Source: Candidatus Zixiibacteriota bacterium | GTDB lineage: Bacteria; Zixibacteria; MSB-5A5; GN15; JAAZOE01 | Direction: 5' to 3' | Assembly (NCBI GenBank): GCA_041394985.1 | Contig: JAWLBI010000001.1 | Span: forward strand, 2,198,882 to 2,262,881 | Length of the DNA stretch: 64,000 nt | Shown here: in pieces, positions 27,395 through 36,522 of the stretch | How positions within the stretch are numbered: position 1 is the first letter of the stretch | Layout of the letters: every line of letters begins with the position of its first letter | Position numbers and translations under genes: made by a program | The notes under the pieces: model-generated | What the model was told of the DNA's origin: nothing | The model's database searches: none | What the model saw: the letters and a program-made list of their open reading frames with translations, nothing else

Positions 27395-28503
27395 TGCGCT
27401 TCTGCCATTTCGCCGATAATCATCTTGGCGCCGGTTCAGGCGCTCGTGAGGATGATATCCTCCGGAGCTTCGCTGTTTCTATTGACCGGATAATTGACCT
27501 CAAACCCGATTTTGTCATCAATGCCGGTGATTTATTCCATGTGGTTCGTCCTACGAACCGGGTAATTGCATTTGCCTCGGAACAACTGCTTCGATTGGGC
27601 CGCGACGCGAAAATTCCAACGTTTATTATATCGGGCAATCACGATGCCCCAAAGCAGCGCAATATCGGGTCGGTACTATCGATTTTTAAAGATTTCGAAA
27701 ATATCTCTGTTATTTATAAATCACAATATGAGCGCCTGCGCTACGGAGACGTTTCTATCTCGGCCGTGCCGCACTGCCTGACAACCGATATCCTCCACGA
27801 GGAACTGGATAAAATAACGCCCGATCCGGACGCCGAGTTCAATATTCTTGTCCTGCACGGAGTCGTCGCCGGAATCAAAGAATTCCAGATGGCTGATTTG
27901 TCGGAGCAGGAAATATCATCGGAGTATTTTGAGCGGGGATTCGATTACGTCGCCCTTGGGCATTATCATAATTACACCAGGGTGGCGCCGAATACCTATT
28001 ATTCCGGATCGACCGACCGCCTCTCGATGTCCGAGGCGAATCATTCAAAAGGATTCGTCGAGGTCGATCTGGCCAATCCCGATTTGGACGGGCGGATTAC
28101 CTTCCACGAAATTCACACGAGGGAAATGGTTGATTTGCCGGCAGTAAAGGCGAAAGGGCGCTCGGTCGAGGACATAATGTCCGAACTGGAAGGCAAAATC
28201 GCCCAAAGACAGCCCGAAGATAAGATCATCCGCCTGAAAATAACCGACATCCCGGAGGAAACCTACCGGGCGCTCCCGTTCACGAAAATCGCCGAATTGA
28301 AAAACGGGTCATTTTCCCTCGATATCAAATTCGAGAAAGAGGAAAAACCGGAAGAAAACCTGTATGCCGATATCAACCTGGGGCGTCTGGATATCGCGTT
28401 CGAGAAATTCATGGAAAAAAAGACCGTGGAAGACCTCGATAAAAAGCGGATTTTCTCTATGGCGCTTGATCTGTTCAACCGGGTTGAAGGGGACGAGGCA
28501 TAA
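27394..28503 (+). CDS. mre11: Mre11/SbcD-type metallophosphoesterase nuclease
   Basis: 369 aa. Phosphoesterase motifs are FADNHLG, NAGDLFH, SGNHD, VLHG and GHYH. The start overlaps the herA stop (TGATG). Confidence 0.8.
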   Translation: MRFCHFADNHLGAGSGAREDDILRSFAVSIDRIIDLKPDFVINAGDLFHVVRPTNRVIAFASEQLLRLGRDAKIPTFIISGNHDAPKQRNIGSVLSIFKDFENISVIYKSQYERLRYGDVSISAVPHCLTTDILHEELDKITPDPDAEFNILVLHGVVAGIKEFQMADLSEQEISSEYFERGFDYVALGHYHNYTRVAPNTYYSGSTDRLSMSEANHSKGFVEVDLANPDLDGRITFHEIHTREMVDLPAVKAKGRSVEDIMSELEGKIAQRQPEDKIIRLKITDIPEETYRALPFTKIAELKNGSFSLDIKFEKEEKPEENLYADINLGRLDIAFEKFMEKKTVEDLDKKRIFSMALDLFNRVEGDEA

Positions 28504-28625
28504 TCGTTTTTTTATTGCATTAAACCGTTTCTTGATTAATTTATATCTATAGTGTGCCAAGTCGTTTTGCAATTCCGAACGTATTAAATAAAAAGCTCAG
28601 TGAAAACGTTCACCTGGGGGTAGTT

Positions 28626-29393
28626 ATGCAGACATTTGTTTCTGCCGACAAACGCCGAATGTACGGCGATCTATCCTGGACATGGCCGATTATCAGCCCG
28701 CCCGAGGACTATAAAGAAGAGACCCAGGAATATATCCGGCTCATTAAGGACCAGTCCCGAATCCCGGTCAAGAAACTCCTCAATATGGGCTGCGGGGGCG
28801 GCCACAATGACCATACCCTGGCGACTGCTTTCGAAGTGACCGGCGTTGATCTGAGTCAGGAAATGCTGACCCTCGCCAAGGAGCTCAATCCGCATGTTTC
28901 CTATATCAACGGGGATATGAGGGCGATTCGACTGGGGCAGGGATTCGATGCCGTGACCGTTTTCGATTCCATTTCATATATGCGGACGCCTGAGAGCCTC
29001 AAAGCGGCCTTTTTGACGGCGTATACGCACCTGAGACCGGGTGGCGTGTTTATTACTTGTATCGAGGAGACGGCGGAGAACTTCGAGCAGAATAAAACGA
29101 TCGCTACGACAAGAAAAAAAGATGATATCGAGATAACTCTCGTAGAAAATTACTATGATCCCGATCCAAAGGACAATATGTACGAGGCGAACTTCGTATA
29201 TTTTATACGCCGGTCGGGACAACTGACTATAGAGACCGATTGCCATTTGCTGGGATTATTCCCGTTTCATGTCTGGGTGGAAGTAATGGAGTCGGTCGGG
29301 CTGGAAGTATTTAAGCGGGAATCATTAATGCAAACGGTAAACGGAAAACCGCTGCAAATACTTATCGGTGTTAAACCGGTTACCCACGAGTAA
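28626..29393 (+). CDS. class I SAM-dependent methyltransferase (small-molecule/sugar N-methyltransferase-like)
   Basis: The ATG at 28626 is preferred. Motif I is LLNMGCGGGH, followed by VTGVDLS, with a TylM1-like N-terminal region (YGDLSWTW...DYKEETQEY). Confidence 0.7.
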   Translation: MQTFVSADKRRMYGDLSWTWPIISPPEDYKEETQEYIRLIKDQSRIPVKKLLNMGCGGGHNDHTLATAFEVTGVDLSQEMLTLAKELNPHVSYINGDMRAIRLGQGFDAVTVFDSISYMRTPESLKAAFLTAYTHLRPGGVFITCIEETAENFEQNKTIATTRKKDDIEITLVENYYDPDPKDNMYEANFVYFIRRSGQLTIETDCHLLGLFPFHVWVEVMESVGLEVFKRESLMQTVNGKPLQILIGVKPVTHE

Positions 29394-29575
29394 GAATGGA
29401 AACACGCAATACAGGACTGAAAACTCTATTGTACAAATCCTAATTCTCGTGCCGAATAACGCACAATAACCGCGGAAAAAAAGTAGTTTTTGATATTAAT
29501 ATATGCGGTTTAGATGTGTATGAACCGATATCTAAGAAGTATCGTCAGCACTGCTAGTATTTTAAGAGGAAATAC

Positions 29576-31450
29576 ATGTACGGAATCCTGGTGGGATTAG
29601 GCCGGCCGGCCGGTTTGGTCAGTCATCAGCTTATCTCTCGATTATGGCCTACGAGCGAGAAGTTCGTCGTCCATAATCCCGGCCCGAACATCTCGATGGC
29701 GATTTTGACGCCGAAGGGTGACAATCCGGAAGATTACTGCGCAATATCTCCCGACAGTCGCTTTTTGCTCGGTTTGAACGGGTATATTCTCGCCGATTCC
29801 AACGTGTCCGGACAGGCAAGACACCTCCAGCTCCTGGCCGAATCTTTCCAAAAAGGAGATTTCGCCAAGGGACTGGAAGGCCTGGTTGCCGGAAGCTTCA
29901 ATCTGGCCGTTATCGATACATCCCGCATGAAAATTCGGGTATATTCCGACCCTGCCGGTTCGGTACCGCTCTACTATAGTCAAGTCGAAGGCGGAGTTTT
30001 GCTGTCCAACAACCCGGTTGCACTGATTAAAACCGGATTGGTTGATACGGCGCCCGATATAACCGCCTGTGCCGAATGGGCGCTGTTTTCCCATACCATC
30101 GGGGATAAATATCCGATAAAAGCGATCCGTACACTTCGCGTCGGTGAGTTTTACGAGTGGAATGGTGATGGCAGCCGCATTATGTCATATGATCGTTTGT
30201 GGGATCGGTTGCCTACCGTTAAGGCTCCCGAGTTATCCGATATTGCCGATGAATTCAAGGCGGCCTGCGGTCGTATTCGACTGATAGATGACAACCCGGC
30301 CCAGTTACAGAGCGCCGGGATGGATTCTCGCCTCATTGCTGCCGCCTGGCCGGATGAAAAACGATTACGAAGTTATTCCTATGGCAATCCCGACTCACAC
30401 GAGATTATCATTGCCAAACAGATCGCAATGACGCGTGGCGCCTCCTGGACACACACCTGGCAGCACGGTGATCTCGTTGCCGACAAACTGCAGGATATGT
30501 ATGACAACACCGGAATGATTATCTGGCCCGATCGCTTTTTTGTCGCCGAGAAAATGGCTGCCGAAGGGCATCGCGGGACACTCGATGGATTGGCCGGCGA
30601 TGCGCTGTTGGGTGGCTCCGATTATATACATAATAGATATCTCGGAAAGAATAAGCAGCTCAATCGCTGGCTGTGTCGCTTCGAGGATTACGATATCAAA
30701 GATGTAGGGCTTGATTTTCTAACGGAAATCATGTATGACAAACACCTGCAGATTCCATCGGCAGATTATCTGCGCCCTTATGTGAGCGATGAGTATATTC
30801 AGCAACTAAATAATGCCATTGATGATATTAAGGCTTCCATACATGCCGAGATGGAATACCTGATGCCTCCCAATAATTCCGTCGCCCTGCTCTGGCGGAA
30901 TTTCATCTATGCAAATCGGGCGCCTCATATGACCATCCACCAGGGACTCATGTGTAATCGGTTCGTACAAGTATATTACCCGTTTATCAGCGATTTCCGG
31001 TTTCATGATATGGCATTCCGCCTGCGGCCGGAAGACACGGCTTATCGGCGGCTATATCGCAAGCTGTATTGTAATTGTTTCCCGGAATTCGCGAATATAC
31101 CATATGGCGCATCGCTATTGCCTTTGACTCGCCCGAACTGGAACCACAAACTGGCCGCCATGATGGCCTCGAAGCACAAATCAATACCCTGGCTGACTGC
31201 GCCGACCAACGGTCGGCCGCGAGATCCTAACGGGTGGGCGATTTGGATGAAGGAGAGCGCCAAGATGCGCGATTTCGTATCGACGGCCCTCGCAGAGGGC
31301 GGTATTATTGATCGCCAACGGTGCGATACATTTATGCAGGATGTCGCGGAAGGACGGGCGCAGGCAGGCGGAAAGATATTCCATGTTGCCAGTCTGGCCA
31401 AATGGCATTCATTTTCCAATGTCAATAAAATCTCACCAGTCATACAATAA
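29576..31450 (+). CDS. asparagine-synthase-family adenylating enzyme lacking the N-terminal Cys nucleophile
   Basis: 624 aa with RBS aagagga. The N-terminus is MYGI instead of MCGI. A PP-loop-like SAGMDSRLIAA lies in the C-terminal synthetase domain. Confidence 0.65.
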   Translation: MYGILVGLGRPAGLVSHQLISRLWPTSEKFVVHNPGPNISMAILTPKGDNPEDYCAISPDSRFLLGLNGYILADSNVSGQARHLQLLAESFQKGDFAKGLEGLVAGSFNLAVIDTSRMKIRVYSDPAGSVPLYYSQVEGGVLLSNNPVALIKTGLVDTAPDITACAEWALFSHTIGDKYPIKAIRTLRVGEFYEWNGDGSRIMSYDRLWDRLPTVKAPELSDIADEFKAACGRIRLIDDNPAQLQSAGMDSRLIAAAWPDEKRLRSYSYGNPDSHEIIIAKQIAMTRGASWTHTWQHGDLVADKLQDMYDNTGMIIWPDRFFVAEKMAAEGHRGTLDGLAGDALLGGSDYIHNRYLGKNKQLNRWLCRFEDYDIKDVGLDFLTEIMYDKHLQIPSADYLRPYVSDEYIQQLNNAIDDIKASIHAEMEYLMPPNNSVALLWRNFIYANRAPHMTIHQGLMCNRFVQVYYPFISDFRFHDMAFRLRPEDTAYRRLYRKLYCNCFPEFANIPYGASLLPLTRPNWNHKLAAMMASKHKSIPWLTAPTNGRPRDPNGWAIWMKESAKMRDFVSTALAEGGIIDRQRCDTFMQDVAEGRAQAGGKIFHVASLAKWHSFSNVNKISPVIQ

Positions 31451-31558
31451 TTTCCATAAACTATCAAATACAATTAAATCGATAGCGTATAACAGGTGCC
31501 ATCTGCCGGACATCTTATTCGGCGAACTTCTATCACGGACAAACAAGGCAGGGATGAT

Positions 31559-33058
31559 ATGATTTCACAGGATGATATCATTTATTTCGTGCTCACCGAT
31601 CGATTCAAAAACGGCGAGGCCGCCAACGATGCCGGAGTCGATGTCTCCCGGGACAAGGCATTTCACGGCGGCGATTTCGCGGGGCTGATCGAAAAGATTC
31701 CATATTTCCAGACGCTCGGCGTGACGACTATTTGGATTACGCCGGTATATGTCAATATTACCGACTTCTTCGGTTCGGCCGGATATCATGGCTATTGGCC
31801 GATTGACTTCGAACTCGTCGACGGGCATTTATACAGCGCGAAGGAGCGGCGTAAAAAAGGCAGCAAGGCGTATCTGAAAGATCTCGTCACGGCTTTTCAC
31901 GCCAAAGGTCTCAAGCTCATTCTCGATATGGTCGTCAACCACACCGGGTACCATACACCTGAGTATAATGCCTATCCCGATAAGCGATTCGATGATTCTC
32001 ATTTCAATGCGCCGAATCAATGGGATGATGTCAATCAATGGCTCTATGGTTTGCCCGATCTCGATCACGACAATCCCGATGTCGGGGATTATTTCGTGCA
32101 GAATATCCTCGAATGGATTGCCGCCACCGGTATCGATGGAATACGCATGGATACCGTGCGCCATGTCGAGGATCGTTTCTGGTATTTGTTCAAGTCGCAG
32201 ATTAAGACGAAATATCCGAACCTGACGCTGCTCGGCGAAATCCTCGATTGGAATCCCGACTACATCGGCCAATTCCAACAGAAACATGATTTCGATACCG
32301 TATTCGATTTCCCGCTGTGCGGCGCGATCAAGGCGTGTCTGATTTATGATGCGCCGATGACATCGCTGGCCAGACCGCGCCTGCATGATGCCGAGCCGCA
32401 GGGGATGCTCGATCGCAATAAAGAATATTCGAATGCAAACCGCCTCGTCACTCTGCTCGACAATCATGACCTCAGCAGCCGCATTATGACGGAGATTTTG
32501 GACCGTGTCGGGCATTGGGATCGAGAACTGGCTAAGGCAATACTCAAGACCTGCCTGACAATTATATTTACGACGCGGGGAATTCCGCAGGTGTATTACG
32601 GAACGGAAATCGGTATGGAAGGCGGGGGAGATCCCGACAATCGCCGCGATATGCCCTGGGATGTTTTCGGAGCCGATAACAGGCCGACACCGACCAATAC
32701 CTTTCAGCGCGATATATTTGATCATGCGGCGGCGCTGTGCAAAATCCGAAGCGGTAACCCGGCCATTCGAACCGGATACTTATTGACCTTGTATGTCGAT
32801 ACATTCGTGTATGTATACTTGCGGGAGTTTCAGGGGAATATCGTCATTGTAGCCATCAATAATGGGCACGAGGCGATGCCGTTTCCATTGCCGGTGAAAG
32901 TCACCGAGAACGGCAATATCCCATCGCGTATCAAATCGCTTCTTGCCGATGGTACAAGGCTGGAGAGTAAACTTCCCGGCAGCCTCGACATCACGATGCA
33001 GGGTGGAAAATTCGAAATACAACTGGGCCGCAAATCGGCCGGAGTATGGTGCAAATAA
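31559..33058 (+). CDS. GH13 alpha-amylase-family glycosidase
   Basis: Conserved regions I-IV are DMVVNHTG, GIRMDTVRH, LGEIL and LLDNHD. The start at the ATG 31559 (MISQDDIIYFVLTDRF) is preferred. Confidence 0.85.
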   Translation: MISQDDIIYFVLTDRFKNGEAANDAGVDVSRDKAFHGGDFAGLIEKIPYFQTLGVTTIWITPVYVNITDFFGSAGYHGYWPIDFELVDGHLYSAKERRKKGSKAYLKDLVTAFHAKGLKLILDMVVNHTGYHTPEYNAYPDKRFDDSHFNAPNQWDDVNQWLYGLPDLDHDNPDVGDYFVQNILEWIAATGIDGIRMDTVRHVEDRFWYLFKSQIKTKYPNLTLLGEILDWNPDYIGQFQQKHDFDTVFDFPLCGAIKACLIYDAPMTSLARPRLHDAEPQGMLDRNKEYSNANRLVTLLDNHDLSSRIMTEILDRVGHWDRELAKAILKTCLTIIFTTRGIPQVYYGTEIGMEGGGDPDNRRDMPWDVFGADNRPTPTNTFQRDIFDHAAALCKIRSGNPAIRTGYLLTLYVDTFVYVYLREFQGNIVIVAINNGHEAMPFPLPVKVTENGNIPSRIKSLLADGTRLESKLPGSLDITMQGGKFEIQLGRKSAGVWCK

Positions 33059-33115
33059 AACCCCCCGCATCCTGAGGGACCGGGGGTAAAGTCAATTACT
33101 CTTCGATTTGCGGTA

Positions 33116-33232
33116 CTACAACTGCAAATCGGATTCATCGTCGCCGGATAAAATTCGTTTGAAGCAGAACCCGCTAATGACCAGCACGAATCCCCAGACG
33201 AATATGAGCATCAGCCATCCTCCCCAAGTCAT
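33116..33232 (-). CDS. 38-aa NSS-transporter small subunit (MetS-like)
   Basis: MTWGGWLMLIFVWGFVLVISGFCFKRILSGDDESDLQL. It has a single TM helix. Its ATG overlaps the transporter stop (ATGA). It is absent from the ORF track because it is shorter than 60 aa. Confidence 0.5.
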   Translation of the reverse strand: MTWGGWLMLIFVWGFVLVISGFCFKRILSGDDESDLQL

Positions 33233-34773
33233 GACTGTTCCTCCTTTCCGGCCTGCCGTTTACGTTTGCTCCATGCAATTTTGACTAATACGCACAGGAA
33301 TACAAACAAGAGGACGATACCAAGTCTGGTTCCCAGAACATATGGAATGTTTTCGTCGGCCACACCTTTCATCGTGATCGTATCCCACCAGTCCTGAGCA
33401 ATCCAGAACACAAGAATGCCGATGAGGAACACCGGCGTGACATACTTCGTGATATACTTAAAGATGATCGGCACTCGCATTGCCGATCCGACATGCATCT
33501 CGGCCCAGAATTTATCGATGCCGAATATCCATGCCACCAGAATAATTTCGATGGTAGCGCCTAACACGATAAAGAAATTGCCGCCCCAGAAGTCAAGATC
33601 ATCCATGACTCCGTTGGCCAGCCACCACACCGCCGGCTGACAGAGAATGAATGTCATTAAAGCGAATAGCCAAACCGCTTTCTTGCGAGAAATCCTGAAT
33701 TCATCCTGAAAGAATCCGACCAGCGGTTGGGCCAGCGAAATCGATGAGGTAATTCCGGCAAGGAACAGCATCAGAAACCAGAGGAACGAAAACAATGCGC
33801 CCATCGGCAAATGTTCGAAAATACCCGGCATGGTGACAAAACCGAGATTAAACGAGCCCGAATTGGCGATATCGACAATGTTTTCCGGTCCGAAGAAGAT
33901 GAATGCCGCGGGGATAATCAGGGAACCACCCAGTATGACTTCCGCGAACTCATTCGTGCTGGCCGCCGATAAGCCAGCCAGTGGCACATCATCCGTTTTT
34001 CGCAGATAACTCGAATATGTAAGAATCACTCCGATGCCGACGGATAGTGTGAAGAACACCTGCCCCGCCGCGGCCAGCCAGATTTTGGCCGATTTGAGCT
34101 GCGATAAATCGGGATTCCAGAGAAATCCAAGGCCTTTGAATTCGCTCCAGTCCATTGCCAGGACGCGGACGGTTAGCAGTATTCCGAAAAGAATCAAAGC
34201 GGGGAGAGCTATTTTACAGACCTTTTCAATGCCGCCGCGGATTCCGAAATACGTGACGGTGACATTCAACACAAATGTGATGATGAAAAAGGTAAATGCG
34301 GCCGTCATCCCGGAGAACCATTGATTGTGTTCCAGCCCCTGCAAACCGGACAGGAAGTTGGGCAATTGGTCGCTGGCCGAAGCCTGTGACAGAGCGCCGG
34401 TGGCAGAGTAGAAACAATAGGCCAGCGTCCACGATTCGATGTAGACATAGTACATGTAAATAATGAGCGGTCCGAGAATACCCAGGACGCCGATGTACTT
34501 GATGGCGGGGTTGTTTTTCCAGAGTGACTGCAAAATGCCGGGGGCCGAAGAATGTCCGAAACTGCCGCCGTGGCGGCCGGCCGTCCATTCGACCCACATC
34601 ATGGGAATACCGATGAGAAGCAGGGCGATGATGTACGGAATCATAAACGATCCGCCGCCGTTTTGCGCCGCCTGGACCGGGAATCTCAGGAAATTTCCCA
34701 GACCGACGGCCGAACCGGCAACGGCCAGGACGACTCCGATTTTCGTGCCCCATCGTTCTCTTGCTCGAGCCAT
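33229..34773 (-). CDS. sodium-dependent transporter, neurotransmitter:sodium symporter (SNF/NSS) family
   Basis: 514 aa. RERWGTKIGVVLAVAGSAVGLGNFLRFPVQAAQNGGGSFMIPY is the hallmark NSS N-terminus. About 12 TM helices. Confidence 0.9.
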   Translation of the reverse strand: MARARERWGTKIGVVLAVAGSAVGLGNFLRFPVQAAQNGGGSFMIPYIIALLLIGIPMMWVEWTAGRHGGSFGHSSAPGILQSLWKNNPAIKYIGVLGILGPLIIYMYYVYIESWTLAYCFYSATGALSQASASDQLPNFLSGLQGLEHNQWFSGMTAAFTFFIITFVLNVTVTYFGIRGGIEKVCKIALPALILFGILLTVRVLAMDWSEFKGLGFLWNPDLSQLKSAKIWLAAAGQVFFTLSVGIGVILTYSSYLRKTDDVPLAGLSAASTNEFAEVILGGSLIIPAAFIFFGPENIVDIANSGSFNLGFVTMPGIFEHLPMGALFSFLWFLMLFLAGITSSISLAQPLVGFFQDEFRISRKKAVWLFALMTFILCQPAVWWLANGVMDDLDFWGGNFFIVLGATIEIILVAWIFGIDKFWAEMHVGSAMRVPIIFKYITKYVTPVFLIGILVFWIAQDWWDTITMKGVADENIPYVLGTRLGIVLLFVFLCVLVKIAWSKRKRQAGKEEQS

Positions 34774-35052
34774 ATAAACCTCGCAATGTGCAAAACAAAA
34801 ACTTTGGAGTTTTTAACTTAATGCGGGATCTCGCTGCCGCTATTTATTAATCGCGCAGACGACTTTTTGCGTACAATGTCACGTACAAAAAGGTGTCATA
34901 CGTATATGGCTATACGATTTGTCAATAAAGGCATTCGCTTCAGTTTAAGTCAAGGTCAAAATCTTTTGGCGGCGAATTTTAGTTTTTGTTGACTATACAT
35001 GAGAGTGAAATTTTAATATGCTTGAACCATAATAAGCCACAAGGAGTGACTC

Positions 35053-35712
35053 GTGAAAAAGCAATACATCATCCTGACCCTTCTCGCAGTACTGGTATTT
35101 GCCGCCTCTTCATCGGCTCAATTCCTGGGACAAATGTCGCCGGCCAGCGTAATTCCTACCGGTTCGAGCAAAATTGACAGTTATCTCATGGTTGGAGAAA
35201 ACAGCATCGGAGTGGCGGGACAATTCCGCTATGGATTCTCGCAGTTCGTCGAAGGTCGCGCGAGACTCGGATTCATCGATCCCGAATACGGCGATATGAA
35301 CGTCATTCTCGGCGGCGACCTGAAGTATTTGATTATGCCATACGACGAGCAGAAGAATAAATTCGATATGGCCCTCGGCGGCGGATTCGAATACACGAAA
35401 CTCGGGGGTACCTCATTTCTTGGTATTACCGGATCGGTTCTTGGTTCGATCCCGATGCAGCTCGAGAACAACAAATCCATTACGCCGTATGCCCGCGTCG
35501 GACTGCGTGTCCAACGTGTATCAATCGATGATCAGAACATCAATACCGGAGCTGGGACGGTAACTGTTGAAGGCGGTTCGGATACGAAGCTGAAAATCGG
35601 AGCCAATATCGGTGCGGAATTCAGCGTTATCGACCTGACCGATTTTATGGCCGAAATCCAGATCGATGATGAATTCGGATTCTTCTTCGGCATTAACCTC
35701 TTTGAATTTTAA
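35053..35712 (+). CDS. outer-membrane beta-barrel (porin-family) protein
   Basis: 219 aa. GTG start 6 nt after aaggag. Signal peptide ends ASSSAQ. Alternating strands, ending in F. Confidence 0.6.
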   Translation: MKKQYIILTLLAVLVFAASSSAQFLGQMSPASVIPTGSSKIDSYLMVGENSIGVAGQFRYGFSQFVEGRARLGFIDPEYGDMNVILGGDLKYLIMPYDEQKNKFDMALGGGFEYTKLGGTSFLGITGSVLGSIPMQLENNKSITPYARVGLRVQRVSIDDQNINTGAGTVTVEGGSDTKLKIGANIGAEFSVIDLTDFMAEIQIDDEFGFFFGINLFEF

Positions 35713-35733
35713 AAAGAATCGAGTTTTCGATAG

Positions 35734-36522
35734 ATGACAGTCTGGGATGCGATAATACTCGGTATCGTGCAGGGATTGACGGAATTCCTGCCGATTTCCT
35801 CATCGGGACATCTGGTCATTAGCGAACACCTTCTCGGAGTCACGATGCCGGGTATCAGTTTCGAAGTGTGGCTGCATTTTGGAACTCTCATTGCAGTCCT
35901 GGTGTATTTCTTTAAGAGAATCGTGCTTTTGCTGACCGCTTTAATCCCCGGCGGTGGGGAAGACGCGACCTATCGTCGCACGACAGTTTGGGCGATTGTT
36001 GTCGGTACGGTGCCTGCGGTCGTAGTCGGGCTGTTGCTGAAGTCGACCATCGAGGAGGCCTTTTCTTCGCCGGTGTTCGCATCATCAATGTTGCTGGTGA
36101 CCGGAGCGTTCTTGTTACTGAGTGTTCTGGCAAAAAATAAACAACTGGGTGTGACGATTCCAAAGGGACTTTACATCGGCCTGGCTCAGGCTTTTGCGAT
36201 TCTGCCCGGTATTTCGCGGTCGGGAAGCACGATTACGATGGCGATGTTTCTGGGAATGAAGCCGTCCGAAGCGGCCGAGTTTTCATTCCTCTTGGCCATC
36301 CCGGCGGTCGGCGGCGCCTTTTTGCTGGATATGCTCTCGGCCGGCGGTGAATTGTTTACCGGCGATGCCTTTATGTTGTATATTGTCGGTACGATGGTTT
36401 CTTTTGTCTTTGGATTACTGTCGATACACTATTTGCTCAAAATAGTGAAAAAAGGTTCGTTCTACTTCTTTGGATTCTATTGCCTGGCAGCGGGCATTGT
36501 CTCGCTGATTTATGTGAGCTGA
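35734..36522 (+). CDS. uppP: undecaprenyl-diphosphate phosphatase
   Basis: 262 aa. GIVQGLTEFLPISSSGHLVI and PGISRSGSTI are the UppP/BacA motifs. Confidence 0.9.
   Translation: MTVWDAIILGIVQGLTEFLPISSSGHLVISEHLLGVTMPGISFEVWLHFGTLIAVLVYFFKRIVLLLTALIPGGGEDATYRRTTVWAIVVGTVPAVVVGLLLKSTIEEAFSSPVFASSMLLVTGAFLLLSVLAKNKQLGVTIPKGLYIGLAQAFAILPGISRSGSTITMAMFLGMKPSEAAEFSFLLAIPAVGGAFLLDMLSAGGELFTGDAFMLYIVGTMVSFVFGLLSIHYLLKIVKKGSFYFFGFYCLAAGIVSLIYVS

Noticed and set aside
29576-31450. Lasso-peptide cyclase cluster hypothesis for the AsnB-like gene
   Set aside because: No transglutaminase-like protease, PqqD/RRE or plausible precursor-peptide ORF lies nearby. It is kept only as one of several possibilities.
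31829-32725. 298-aa minus-strand ORF opposite the GH13 gene
   Set aside because: The + strand carries all four GH13 conserved regions. The antisense product has no recognisable features.
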